From Octopus vulgaris (taxonomy: Eukaryota): DNA of 64,000 nucleotides. The notes under the pieces are model-generated. The model was given only the letters and a program-made list of their open reading frames with translations. It had not been told where the DNA came from and did no database searches. Below, piece after piece: positions 13,713 to 27,145 of this stretch (within the stretch, counting starts at the first letter, position 1; every line of letters begins with the position of its first letter). The DNA is taken from assembly GCA_951406725.2 (NCBI GenBank), contig OX597819.1:97774001-97838000 (forward strand), written 5' to 3'. The translations under genes and the position numbers were made by a program.

Positions 13713-13984
13713 ATATGTATATATAACAATATAAAGTATTCTGGAGAGAATCGGGTACTTATATGGTATGCACAAGGTTGGGTTGATTTAACTTGTAAGC
13801 ACTACTTTTAGTCGGATCCAAATACTGGGTACTGAAGTAATCCATTGAGATATTAAGGGTGTGCACGCAGAGAAAATCAGCCACTACAAGTATTTAACGT
13901 ATAGGGGCTGGTCCAAATCGCGCACTGTGTAGATCACACGGCGTTTGGTATACTCTAGGAAGACTGACGGGTCGCAAATCACTA

Positions 13985-14612
13985 TAGTGTATTATTAGTT
14001 TCATAAATATAATTCCAATTTTTTCTAGTCTCTTCATTTCTTTATTGACTTGCTTTATCACTGTGAAGGGTGCCATTCGCTTAGGCTTAAATACTGGTAT
14101 GACGTTTTCTTTTATTTGAAAACACGCCTTTGTCTTGGTACACTGACATAATTTTTCGGACAGAACTTCAGAAAAAATAGTTTTTTACTTTTTCTCTCAA
14201 TTCGTCTGACGGCTTGTTTTTACTGGAGGAAAAACCATTTATATTTTTACGGAACAGAATTTATGGGGAGGTCCCACAAATTAAACAATTCCATCCAGTT
14301 AGTACCGAACAGTTTGTTGCATTATTTAAAACAAAAACTTTTGCTTTCAAGGTTTTATCCCAAAATGTAACCTCAGTTATCGTTTCGCCCCAAAAATGTA
14401 ATTTTCTTCCAGAGACACTTTTCGCGACTTTTAAAATTTCCATTAATGTAGGCTTTCTTATTTTTTTCATGTGTCAGTGTTAATAATTGTAATATCACTG
14501 TCTGTATTTAGCGGTAACTCCACGTTCGAAATATAAATTTTTATGTACACAAACTTTCTTTTGTGAGCCACGCCTAGATTTTCCGTTGAGAAAACCTTTC
14601 CACAATTTTTTC
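13985..14612 (-). mobile_element. Gypsy/Ty3 LTR-retrotransposon pol fragment (aspartic protease and start of RT), decayed
   Basis: Minus: ELPLNTDSDITIIN (decayed LDTGSDIT motif), KKIRKPTL...KAKVFVL, FQIKENVIPVFKPKRMAPF...KEMKRLEKIGII; stops and frameshifts. Confidence 0.8.
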
Positions 14613-15355
14613 CGTCCAGTTGAATTCGATGAAGAGCGATTAAACCAACTTTTGCACGAAAATTCTCGTCAAATGACAAGGGAACTGGCAGAGAAAATGG
14701 TATGCTCCCATATTGCTATAGAGAAGCATCTTCACTTGATGGGAAAGTTTCAGAAGTATGGAGCATGGGTTCCGCATGCTTTAAGTGACAACAAAAGTGA
14801 ACGAGCCAAAATCTCCGTTGGTCTGCTTACTCTTCACCGCTCAACTCATGGACACAAGCAACGATTTCTTTACCGAATCGTTACTGGCGACGAAAAATGG
14901 TGCCTGTACAGCAATATGAAGCAGCATAAGGAATGGCTTAGCCCCAGTAAACAAGCGACACCGCGCGTGAAACAAGATCTTCATCCGCGTAAAACGATGT
15001 TGTGCGTATGGTGGGACTGGGAAGGGATTATCCATTACGAATTGCTTGAACGGAACCAAACAGTCAACGCGGAACTCTATGTTCAACAGATGGAACGACT
15101 CAACACGGCTATTCAAGAGAAAAGACCTAATCGGCAGCATGGAGTTCTTCTGCTGCACGACAACGCCCGCCCTCATATAGCCAATATGACTGGGAAGTGC
15201 TGCCACACCCACCGTACTCTCCTGATTTAGCACCAACGGATTTCCACCTCTTTCGATCTCTTTCAAATGCTATGCGCGGAGTTTCGTTGTTATTTTTTAT
15301 TACACTTTTAAAAAATTACATTTTAAAAACGGCGGGAACTTAGTTGCCAACCCAA
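14613..15355 (+). mobile_element. Mariner transposon, left-truncated, with internal deletions and intact right TIR
   Basis: RPVEFDEERL, WVPHAL, IVTGDEKW, LCVWWDWEG, HDNARPH, then PHPPYSPDLAPTDF in a shifted frame; right TIR ggcgggaacttagttgccaacccaa + TA. Confidence 0.92.
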
Positions 15356-15357
15356 TA

Positions 15358-17600
15358 GCTGAAAATCATTTATATCCTCGAATATTGACCACTGCATCAT
15401 GAAGAAATTCAATTATTTAGTCTCAAAACATTATAACTCCTTCACTTCTAATGAAAGGGACTATATTACCAATTTTGATTCAAAATCCAGAAATTTCTAT
15501 GGCTTACCTAAAATACTTAAGTCGAAAGAAATACAAAACGCTATAAAGGAACAAGATAGTGTATACATAAAATTACTACAACCAAAAGACCTGAAACTAA
15601 GACCCATTGCAGCTGGTCCAGGCTGGCCTACACATCGTCTGAGTAACCTCATTAACACTATCCTAAAACCACTATGTAGCCACATACCCAGTTTCATTCG
15701 GGATGACATCGATTTCCTGCCACATTTGCCCAAAACAACAGAATCCGACTCACTGTTAATTTTGCTGTAACAAACTTATATACGAGCATTCCACATGATT
15801 TGGGAATTACTACCATAAAATACTGGGTCGAGAAACATAGAGAAGCGATTCCCGGTAGATTTACTGTAACCTTCATACTAGACACCACTTGCCTCATCCT
15901 CGAAAACAATATAATCCTTTTCAACGGAAAAAAAACTACCTCCAAATTCGAGGCAAAGCTATGGGGACGCGATTTGCTCCAGTCTTCGTGAACTCAGTAT
16001 TGAGATACTTAGAACAAAACCTATATTAAAAAATTGAAGAGAATTATGGCATGGCCTTTAGAAGACATATAGAGGACACATGGAAAAGTTATCTCGATGA
16101 TTGTTTACCAATTTGGACCAAATCCCTAGAAAATCTGGAAGAATTCAACATCCTCCTCAACAATCTATTCCCCAGTCTTAAATTCACAAGAGAAATGAGC
16201 AACACACAACTACCATTTCTTAACATAATGGTAATTAAAACAACATCACAATCACAGCTGATATTCTGATAATTATTACAAAAGCACAGATACACACCAG
16301 TACACACACAAAACCCAACATACCGTACTGTCTAGCCAGGAAAATTTATACTATAGTAGATGATCCAAATACCAGGAACATACGACCTATAGAACTCAAA
16401 AGATTTGAGTTATAGAACTCAAATTACCCTCTCCTACTTATAGAAAATAGCATATAACAAGCAAAAGAAATACCTGTAGAACAACTTAGAGCAACACGAG
16501 AACGACGTACCCATCAACGGAACACAATACCACTTCTAGTAACACACAATTCGCATCACCAAAACATTTTTAACATCATCAAAACAAATTTGTCAATCAT
16601 GAAACAAAGTGAAAAATTTAAAAGCATAATAACTAATCAAACAAAATATTAAAAAGCATAATAACTAATCAAACAGAAAGCAACCACATAACCTAAAGAA
16701 ACTATTAACAAAGGCAAAATTCAATATGAACAAACAGGATAAAACATTCACAGTTTCCAAGTGTAATGACAACAGATGTGGAACGTGTCAATACTGGTAG
16801 ATCCATTAGAACAAAAATTGAATAGATTTTCGTAAATGCACTTATGAACTGCAAAAGCAGAAATTTGATCTACTGCATTAAACGCCCGAATTGCGAGGAA
16901 CTATATATTAGCGAGACAGGGAATGCATTATCGGAACGCTCACCAGTCCACAGGCAACAAATCCAGAATTCCATTGAGCGAGCATATGGAAACATGTTGT
17001 CAGAAAGTGCTTCTAATTTTTTCTTTTCCACAAATACAAGTGAGGGTGGAAGAAAGTTAAAAGAAAAACGGTTTATTAAAATGTTCTAAACGGAAATAAC
17101 AACAATAATATACCAACCAGTTAATGATGTTGATTAAAAAATATCTTTAACATATGAATATAAACAAATTATAGAAGACTCCCATCATTTGAGATAAAAA
17201 CGATCGAAACCAACTTAGTTCACTCAGAAAACCATGACATGTAAACCGCAAGTAAATTGGTTAAAATAAAGGCGGGTTCTATGCCAGCAATATCGGTACG
17301 CCGGCAAACTGTGACGTTTAAGCTGCATGTGAAGTGGTAAAAACTGTATTCCAAAAGTTCGGCTTGTTGGAGGCTTCTAAGAGGTACAAATAGGAAGAAG
17401 TCAGTCATTTACTACAGTTATCAAGAACTCAACTGTCAGTTAAATACATTTTGAAATCTGATGATTACTACAAACGTATGAAAGCGCTAATTGAACTTTA
17501 TGGACATTACAAAATATTTTTTTAATGTTTAGCTCACTTCAACATTATAAAAAAGTATAGTTTTTTAAATATAATAAAAAACGTGGAGACCAGACCATGA
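15358..17600 (+). mobile_element. Penelope-like retroelement (RT + GIY-YIG endonuclease), 5'-truncated and decayed, with 3' UTR
   Basis: FYGLPKI, LRPIAAG, VTNLYTSIP, QIRGKAMGTRFAP, SYLDDC, LPFLNIMV; linker KCNDNRCGTC; NLIYCI...LYISETG...HRQQI (GIY-YIG); many frameshifts. Confidence 0.9.
17455..17492 (+). ncRNA. Minimal hammerhead-ribozyme motif in the Penelope 3' terminal region
   Basis: AAU-CUGAUGA-UUAC uacaaac GUAU-GAAA-GCGC-UA-AUU; palindromic stem III AGCGCU; sense orientation relative to the Penelope ORF. Confidence 0.7.
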
Positions 17601-17789
17601 TTTAACTTTATTCAACTGATATATTATTCCGTACACATTTATACAAATTCGGAATACACCCCCCCACACACATATGCATATATATATGTATGTATGTATG
17701 TATATATATATACATATATACGTACAGACATACAAACATCCATCTATCCATCCACACACACATATATATATATATATATGTATATATGT

Positions 17790-17845
<56 letters not shown>

Positions 17846-17922
17846 ATGTATGTATGTATGTATGTATGTATGTATGCATGTATGTATGTATGTTTGTTTG
17901 TATGTATGTATGTATGTATGTA

Positions 17923-17969
<47 letters not shown>

Positions 17970-19054
17970 ATGTATGTATGTATGTATGTATGTATGTATG
18001 TATGTATGTATAATCTCCCTCTTTTAATTTAATATAAAATATTTTCATTTGTTGATATTCTATGAATTTCAATAAAAGCTGCTGGAAAAAGTTTAACAAC
18101 CTTTTCACAGTGAATTTTTCAATCTTTTAAATGATTGCTCGCTCAAAATATGCAATTATGTTAAATATGAAATTATCTCAATTACTACAACTATTAGTAA
18201 TCGATATAACGAATCATTTGTAGATTTAATATCTGTGTTTAGCCAAATTTATGCTTAAAAGCATTTTGCCATCTTTTTACTCATTAAAAATAATGTACAT
18301 TTGACTGCATTTTATCCAATGTGTCTTTTGTTGGAAATGAATTCTGTGATCTCTGGTTGTTATTTCTAGCAAAAGGAGCAACTACACTGAGGTACACTCG
18401 TTGCTGTCGTAGTTCTTTACCGCTAGGTGTATTCTGGGTAGTCAATCTTATGATAGATTTTGTCTCACTTGTGACAATCTCTTTTATGTTTTTGAAGGCA
18501 GTAAAGAGTGATTTGAGGGTAGTCTGACTGTCCTAACAGGAGAGATTCGTTTGTTATATAGTTTGTATTAATCTACTTCTGCATTGTTTGTTTTTCATAC
18601 AATATTAGACAGATCTAACAGTTGAAAAGGCAAATTGTTAAAGAAGTTATTGAATACATAGACGACAACTAACGTTGGTGCGCGCGCACACACACATAAT
18701 AAGAGGGACCTGTTTCTCATGTCAGTTCGTAGCGACTACTCTTCCAGTCTCTGTGGCTGAAGAGGTGATAACCACTCCGAAATGTGTGGATCCTACAGTT
18801 TGGTTGTGTGATGCTGTGAGCACACTCGGTGTATTTACACCTATTTGTCTACAAGCAATTATAGGTCGTCAGTACAGTCTTGTGTAACATGTCTGGGTAG
18901 TCTGATGTTATATTTTCTGGCTTACAAGTTAAATTTTTTCAGTCGCAAATTTACAGCCCAAAATGATAGGTCGACTTATACACCGAAAATTTCTTGCGAA
19001 ATGCAACAGCACTTGGAAAGATAGTCATCATGTTTCAATGTTCCTTTATACATA

Positions 19055-19219
19055 AGTGCAGGTATGTCTGTGTGGTAAGAAGTTTGCTTGCCGACCACAT
19101 AGTTCCGGATTCAGTCCCACTGAGTGGCACCTTGAACAAGTGTCTTCTACTGTAGCCTCGGGCCGACCAAAGCTTTGTGAGTGAATTTGGTAGACGGAAA
19201 CTGAAAGAAGCCTGTTGTA

Positions 19220-19302
<83 letters not shown>

Positions 19303-19392
19303 CTGTCTGTGTTTGTCTCCCACCACCGCTTGACAACCAGTGTTGGTGTGTTTGCCTCTCCGTAACTTAGTGGCTCGACAAAATATACCGAT
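19055..19392 (+). mobile_element. CORE-like SINE family A (internal microsatellite), 3'-truncated
   Basis: tgtggtaagaagtttgct...ggattcagtcccac...accttgaacaagtgtcttctact...agacggaaactgaaagaagcc(TA)n(TG)n... Confidence 0.8.
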
Positions 19393-20027
19393 GGAGTACT
19401 ATAGGGTGATGTATGGGTATATTATAGGTATTTTTATGCTATACTCCTAGCTATACTAGAGGTGAAGCTACACCATTGGTGTTACTATACTAGAGATATA
19501 CCTATGTTATAGTTGTAGGTATGAAGTAGAGGTGGTTATATTATTGGTATGGATATAGTATTGCTTCAGTTCTACTATACTGATTGTTTTACTATGGCCC
19601 TTTGAGTTACAGGGACAACTCATTTTTGGCAGCTGGGTTGACTTGAGCAACGTGAAATGAAATATCTTGCTTATGGACGTAACGCACCACCGGGAATTGA
19701 ACCCACAACTTTACGATTGTGGGCCGAATATCCTGAACACTAAGCCATGTGCCTTTGTAGTACTATTGCAGATATATTAAAGAAATGCTTTGAGAACTTT
19801 ATCGTGGAAACCAGAAAATATTTACATTTTAAACTCTATAAACAGCTACCAGTTTTTATCGTTTTAAAAAGATCTAGTCATGTTGAACTAGAAAGGAAAA
19901 TAAACTGAAATAAATTAAATGAAATCAAATTAAACTTCCATAGTATCAGTCCTAGAAACTCAGATGTTTTTCTTATGTAGGTCTCATGGTGCTGTATTCC
20001 GTTTCCTTCTGATTGTTGCTGGGAAGT

Positions 20028-20328
20028 GTGGAGGCGCAATGGCCCAGTGGTTAGGGCAGCGGACTAGCGGTCGGAGGATCGCGGTTTCGATTCCCAGACC
20101 GGATGTTGTGTGTATTTATTGAGCGAAGACACCTAAAAGTTCCACGAAGCTCCGGCAGTGGGGTGGCGACCCCTGTTGTACTCTTTCACCACAACTTTCT
20201 CTCACTCTCTCTTCCTGTTTCTTGAGTAACGCTGCGATGGACTAGCGTCCCGTCCAGCTGGGGGGAACGCATATGCCACAGAAACAGGGAAACGGGGCCC
20301 ATGAGCCTGGCTAAGCTTAAAAAGGGCG
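20028..20328 (+). mobile_element. tRNA-head SINE with V-domain-like tail (family C)
   Basis: A-box tggcccagtggttagggc, B-box ggtttcgattccc, V-SINE-like gctgcgatggactagcgtcccgtccagc; related tail at 59175-59325(-). Confidence 0.75.
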
Positions 20329-20478
20329 ACGTTTTTTTTTTATCGTTACTGGGAAGTAGTTAACAGCTGTAGTAGCCGGCTGTTTGTAAATGTATGTATG
20401 TATGTATGTATGTATGTATGTATGTATGTATGTATGTATGTATGTATGTATGTATGTATGTATGTGTGTGTGTGTGTA

Positions 20479-20535
<57 letters not shown>

Positions 20536-20631
20536 ATGTATGTATGTATGTGTACACCACACACACACAAACACACACACACAAATTATTAGCGATGGAA
20601 GCAGTATCAATACCAAAAGATAATTTTTATA

Positions 20632-21119
20632 TCCAACTTAACGTGGATGTCTTGTTAGAGCACCGAATACTACGTTATTAGCCTTGAGTAATACTCTCAT
20701 ATAGGCGCTTGGGTCATGAAAGCACAAACATAGAACGTTGCAGACGAGAATCGTTTGTCATGGGTGCTGGAATGACCATATCACGAGATTCCATTCTACT
20801 GGAAATCGTCCTACGGAGGTGTCCGGTCATCGCACGCCAGTCACATCTCGCTGCTATTACATATAGAATATCAGCTTCTTTTCAGATATTGGTGTCGCAA
20901 ATAGCCAACAGAATCTTAAAAAATTGTAAGCAAAGGAATGAAAGTTAATACCATAAAGTAATCTTTATATTCAACTTAACAAGGGTGTCTTAGTTGAACA
21001 CCGAATACTGCGACGATCCGTGTGTGTGCTTTTATACATGAAACGCCTATATGAGGGGATCTCTCAAGGCTAATAGCGCAGTATTTGGTGTTCTAACAAA
21101 GAGTCCACGTGAAGTTGGA
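20632..21119. repeat. MITE-like fold-back with ~95-bp imperfect inverted arms
   Basis: 20632-20726 is the imperfect reverse complement of 21025-21119; partial direct copy of the left arm at ~20955-21012. Confidence 0.7.
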
Positions 21120-21211
21120 CACACACACACACACACACACACACGTATGTATGTATGTATGTATGTATGTATGTATGTATGTATGTATGTATCTATCTAT
21201 CTATCTATCTG

Positions 21212-21306
<95 letters not shown>

Positions 21307-21405
21307 CCAAAACATGGAACAAAAACGCAACAGACAACAATAAAACATCCGGACAGATAGACGATTTAAAGACGGATGGGGGAAAAAATGAACAGGAAAA
21401 AACAA

Positions 21406-21750
21406 CAAAATAAGCAACAAGGATATCCAAGGTAGTGTAGTACAATCGTTCTATGCTACTTCATTGTATTAAACACTGTAAGTCGCTTGATCATCAGTTT
21501 TAACATCAGTTTTAAAATGTCGAGCAATCTTCAGCCACATATAGAATTTTTTTTAATTAAACGGACAATGCACCTTTTTATACTTATTTCATTTCAATGG
21601 GGATTGTCCGTTAAATTATAAAAAATTCTATATGTGGCTGAAGATTGCTCGACATTTTAAAACTGATGTAATACTTACAGTATTTAATAAAATGAAGTAG
21701 CATGAAACGATCGTACTACACTACCTTGGATATCCTTGCTGCTTATTTTG
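21406..21750. repeat. Long inverted repeat (~150-160-bp arms, 33-nt spacer) containing a hammerhead motif; Penelope pLTR-like inversion
   Basis: Arms 21406-21569 and 21603-21750; right arm 21634-21720 = GUGG-CUGAAGA-...-GAAA-CGAUCG-UA-CUAC. Confidence 0.85.
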
Positions 21751-21832
<82 letters not shown>

Positions 21833-22157
21833 TTTCGTTTTGGGATTTGGTTTGCAAGATTCTTTATGTGAGTTCGTGTGTTGAAGCATATTCTGTTGTG
21901 TCTGGGGAGAGTCATTTTCTTTTTGTGCCTTATATGCAGAATACATACATACAGATGCACACACATACATATATACATTTGCATACACACACATGCATAC
22001 ATACATACATACATACATACATACATACATACATACATACATACATACATACATACATACATAATACGTATGTGCATGCATGCGTAGGTACACACACACA
22101 AACTGATCCACACACATGCGCACAAACAAACAAAAGGGAGCGCAATGTAAATAACGG

Positions 22158-22301
22158 ACTGAGTCAAAACTATTGAAGAGGTTGCAAGACGCAACGAAAA
22201 TTTTAGGAAAATAAAAATAAGAAATAAGTGGAAATGTTACCTGTGAGTGTGTTAAATTATAAGGCACAAAAAAAATGACTCTCCCCAGGCACAACAGAAT
22301 A

Positions 22302-22302
<1 letters not shown>
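22158..22302 (+). mobile_element. Penelope-like terminal fragment with hammerhead variant (UUGAAGA core); inverted partial copy at 21832-21932, second copy at 46113-46330
   Basis: CUA-UUGAAGA-G-GUUGC aagac GCAAC-GAAA-AUUU-UAG at 22170-22206; 22255-22302 is the reverse complement of ~21885-21932. Confidence 0.6.
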
Positions 22303-22347
<45 letters not shown>

Positions 22348-22348
22348 G

Positions 22349-22419
<71 letters not shown>

Positions 22420-22543
22420 GCATACACACATATGAAGACGCATATGCAATGCGCATACAACTGCTTAGAGGTTTTAACATTCATATAAGTACACACACAC
22501 ACATACTAAGAAACATATACACACATAAGTACATAGATACATA

Positions 22544-22581
<38 letters not shown>

Positions 22582-23233
22582 TATGTATTCATATACATAC
22601 ATATAAATATATACAATTCGTGATAACCTGAAGTTACACTGCTATTATATTTAGATGTATATTTAGTACATATAGTATACAATATATTATTACAGTCATT
22701 TCGTGGATCTATGACAGCTATTTAATATATTTACTATAGTAATTTACTAAATTTACTTCAGCAGTGTAATAAGCTTACTTTGGTAATTTAGTTAAGTTCC
22801 TGAATTGAGATAAGCTTGGACGGTACATAATTTTGGTCGACACAGACTACAATCAGTTTCCCCTATATTTGTTTTTGCATGTTACTCAGTACAGTATTTT
22901 AGTAGAGTATTAGTTTAAATTTCAGGACAATTTTGATATGTTGTTATTTTTTTACAATCCTCTTTTAGTCCGTAAGGAATGGTGTGTTCATAATCCATTA
23001 TAGGGTTTCCGTCACTGGTTAGAGGACGGGAGGAAGTTTAGTCTTAAACTGGAGGTATGGCTTGAACAAACTGTAACAGAAAGGACTCCGATAAAGGCAC
23101 TCCAAGCTGCCAAGTAGTGGTGACTGATTTAGTGTACAAAGCAAGACGGCCATGATGAAAAGTGAACTCAGGACGCTTACAGTTGGAATAAATATTTTAA
23201 GGCATTTTATCCAGAGTTCTAACGACTCTACTA

Positions 23234-23303
<70 letters not shown>

Positions 23304-24162
23304 GTATGGTGTGTATCTGTGTTTATTCCCCCCCTACATCCTTTGACAACCTATGCTGGTGTGTTTAAGTCCCCGTAACTTAGCGGTTCGGCAAAAGAGA
23401 CCGATAGAATAAGTACTAGGCTTACAAAGGATAAGTCCTGTGGTCGATTTGATTCGACTAAAGACGGTGCTCCAGCATGGCCGCAATGAAAAGACTGAAA
23501 CAAGTAAAAGAATAAAAGGATAAAAGAATATTTACGTCTTCCCTATATATGTCTGTATATGTATTTAGCCATGTACATAGTCTGTATGTTTTAGTGTATA
23601 TATATATATGTATATCATAGATGGTTTCGTATATGCATATACTGCTAAATGTATATATATAATCCAACGTGAAAAAAGAATGTTAAACGGGTATAACTTT
23701 TAATGTATTAATTGATTAATATTTTACAAATAATTATTTACCCAGGGTATTTAGACTCTGTCTTTCTTTATAAGCTATTTTTGATTGAAGGTTTTCTTCG
23801 ATTTTATAATAAGATGTTTTTATACCGAATTTTGTTAATTGCATGCAACCGGTTATAGTAAAGACCGTTAGTTGAAAGGAACGACGAAACAAAACCATTT
23901 TCAAATGTGTATCCATTAAACTAATTGCATATGTTTGCTTATAACCTAATTTTTGTTCCATTTTAAACAAAACTGTTCGGCGAACGAGAACGTTGAACTC
24001 CGAGTAACAGGTTTTGTGATATTTTTGCTGCTTTTTAATAAAGCATATTACATATGTATATATATGCTAATTCATGATGAAGAAATAGGGAAAACAAGTC
24101 AACTGGGCGTACATAGTGAATATATTAGATTGACGATCAGTAACATACACACACGAAATGGT

Positions 24163-24537
24163 CAGCGGTATTTCGTCTGCGGTTTCGTTCTGAGTTCAAA
24201 TTCCGCCGAGGTCGACCTTGCCTTTCATCATTTCGGGGTCGATTAAATAAGTACCAGTTACCCACTGGGGTCGATGTAATCGACTTAATCCCTTTGTCTG
24301 TCCTTGTTTGTCCTCTCTGTGTTTAGCCCCTTGTGGGTAGTAAAGAAATGGGTATTTCGTCTGCCGCTACGTTCTGACTTCAAATTCCGCCGAGGTCGAC
24401 TTTGCCTTTCATCCTTTCGGAGTCGATTAAATAAGTACCAGTTACGCACTGGGATCGAAATAATCGACTTAATTCGTTTGTCTGTTCTTGTTTGTTCCCT
24501 CTATGTTTAGCCCCTTGTGGGCAATGAAGAAATAAGT
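24163..24537 (+). mobile_element. Head-to-tail dimer of the Meta-domain SINE body (~185-bp unit)
   Basis: ggtatttcgtctgc...gtgggtagtaaagaaat then immediately ggtatttcgtctgccgctacg... again. Confidence 0.85.
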
Positions 24538-24613
24538 AACACTCACACACACACACACACACATAGGTATAGCCGACGGGGTAGAAATATTAGCGAAGAG
24601 GAATACCTTCGTC

Positions 24614-24675
<62 letters not shown>

Positions 24676-25308
24676 TGAGTGTGTGTGTGTGTATGTGTGT
24701 ATGTATGTATGTATGTATGTATGTATGTATGTATGTATGTATGTATGTAGTTTTATGTCGTGTTGGTACAGTGTGTTAGAGCCAAAGTGTTCAAATATTT
24801 ACCTAATTACAAAAACGATATAGCATTTGTAAAGAAGTTATAACTGATTTACCTCCCTTAGACCCATCGGGAAAAGTGACTTACTAATAAGTTTGAAGTT
24901 TGTAACGGTTTCTCGGTCTGTGACAGGAATGGATTGGAATATTTCGACGCAAAATTGAGAAAATGGTCACTCAAAGTTACGGGTCAATTTAGAGTAGCTA
25001 TATGTTCACTCGTAGAATTACACCTTTGATAATGTACATCTATTTACCTAATGGACGCAGGTGGAATGGCTATCATGCCTGCTAGATGAAGAGTGACTTG
25101 TTGCTAACCCCCTACTACTACTACTACTACTACTACTATGAATATTTGACGTGCAACTATTTCCATTCCAATCTGGATAGCTCGCGAGATAAAACCTACT
25201 CCTGGATAGGATTCCAGCCTCTCACATGTAGCTTGTTTAGATGAATTGATATTACTGCTTTGTTTTCGTTTTATGCACGAAATTATGTCTAATTTTACCT
25301 CAGAGAGA

Positions 25309-25419
<111 letters not shown>

Positions 25420-25566
25420 AATGGAAGCAAGCAATACTTGAACACATAACGAAGGAATGTTGATTAATTACATTGTTCCTTGCTTCCTCACGCTTCAGAG
25501 GTTATACATACATACATACATACATACATACATACATACATACATACATACATACATGCATACATA

Positions 25567-25950
25567 CTGTGTGGTAAGTAGCTTGCTAACCAGCCACATG
25601 GTTCCGGGTTCAGTCCCACTGCGTGGCATCTTGGGCAAGTGTCTTCTGCTAAAGCCCCGGGCCGACCAATGCCTTGTGAGTGGATTTGGTAGACGGAAAC
25701 TGAAAGAAGCCTGTCGTATATTTGTTTATATATGTGTGTGTGTGTGTGTCTGTGTTTGTCCCCCTAGCATTGCTTGACAACCGATGCTGGTGTGTTTACG
25801 TCCCCGTCACTTAGCGGTTCGGCAAAGGAGACTGATAGAATAAGTACTGGGCTTACAAAGAATAAGTCCTGGGATCGATTTGCTCGACTAAAGGCGGTGC
25901 TCCAGCATGGCCGCAGTCAAATGACTGAAACAAATAAAAGAGTAAAAGAA
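25567..25950 (+). mobile_element. CORE-like SINE family A, near full length, young
   Basis: tRNA-like head (ggttcagtcccac), catcttgggcaagtgtc core, internal (TG)n, tail ggcggtgctccagcatggccgcagtcaaatgactgaaac + (taaaaga)n. Confidence 0.9.
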
Positions 25951-26430
25951 AGAGTATACATACATACATACATACATACATACATACATACATACATACA
26001 TGTATACATACACGCATGTATGTATATATATATGTATACACTTTGTCATTTCCCCACTAAATGGCACATACTAAACCTGTCCTCTGACCTTTTGTGTAAA
26101 CCGAGCGAAAGATAAATCTTCCGGCAGATACAAAGCTAGACAAAACGAATAAACATCACTACATCAACTGTTTCTCAGTTACATTTTTACGAAAGGTTGT
26201 TGTTGTTGTTACTGTTGTTGGTGTATGCATTAAAAGAAGAAATATTTTTGTAAGATTTTATATATACATACATATATAAATAATTGACTAGTTGTGGTGC
26301 ACCTGAGCACTGTATACAATAATTTCATTATTATTATTTAGGATGTTGGACTCATGGTCGTAAGATTGTGGTTTCGATTACTGGACCGGGCGATGCGTTG
26401 TGTTCTTGAGCAAAGCACTTCATTTCAGAT

Positions 26431-26823
26431 AGCTGTTTACTAATATATCACCGGAAAGAAAAACTGCAAGTGTCATTAAATATGACAGTATGTTTAAGAA
26501 CACCTACAATGCTAGAAATAAGAGCTAAAGTGCTCTGTTGCTGCAGTCAACGCACACAATTGTATACATACATACTTACAGCGAACATAAACGGCCGAAA
26601 ATAGCAGTCATGTTATCCCTAGACCATCGACAGTTTCGGCTTTAAGACCGAAGCACTCAGCAGGATCGGCACAACAAGATCGCTAGCAGTATATATGTCT
26701 ACTCTACAGAAATCTATGAATGATTTAGCAAATCACTAATGTGTATACAAATTATTAAATTAGGCAGCTGTTTAGCAATATATCACCAAAAAGAAAAACC
26801 ATAATTGTCATTAAATATCACAG
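26431..26823 (-). repeat. ~335-bp unit bounded by ~58-bp direct repeats, with an internal hammerhead motif
   Basis: agctgttta..aatatatcacc..aaagaaaaac....tgtcattaaatat.acag at 26431 and 26766; minus 26624-26669 = AUC-CUGCUGA-G..GCUU..AAGC-C-GAAAC-U-GUC-GAU. Confidence 0.6.
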
Positions 26824-27084
26824 ACGGTATATATATATATATATATATATATATCTAGGAGCATTGCTGTCTGGGATATATCTTATGGTAATGGAATAGT
26901 ATTTAACTGCTATTTCTAAATTTCGGTATGTGGTGAAGCAATTTTGCTGAACCCTAATTATAATCATGCTTATAATTATAGAATTTTTGTTTAAGGTTAC
27001 CGATAATGGTTCTTTTAACATAACGAACTAGTTGGTAAAATTATTAATTATTAATTGATTAATAAATTTTACCCTTTATTATTG

Positions 27085-27145
<61 letters not shown>

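Noticed and set aside
17220-17450. SECIS element in the Penelope 3' UTR
   Set aside because: No convincing AUGA/GA quartet with apical AA could be read, and no conserved in-frame UGA at Cys positions.
20028-20105. Functional tRNA genes (also 10372, 35976, 50660)
   Set aside because: A/B boxes are present but cloverleafs are incomplete and continue into SINE bodies.
24163-24537. CRISPR-like or satellite array
   Set aside because: SINE dimer with no repeat-spacer structure; eukaryotic context.
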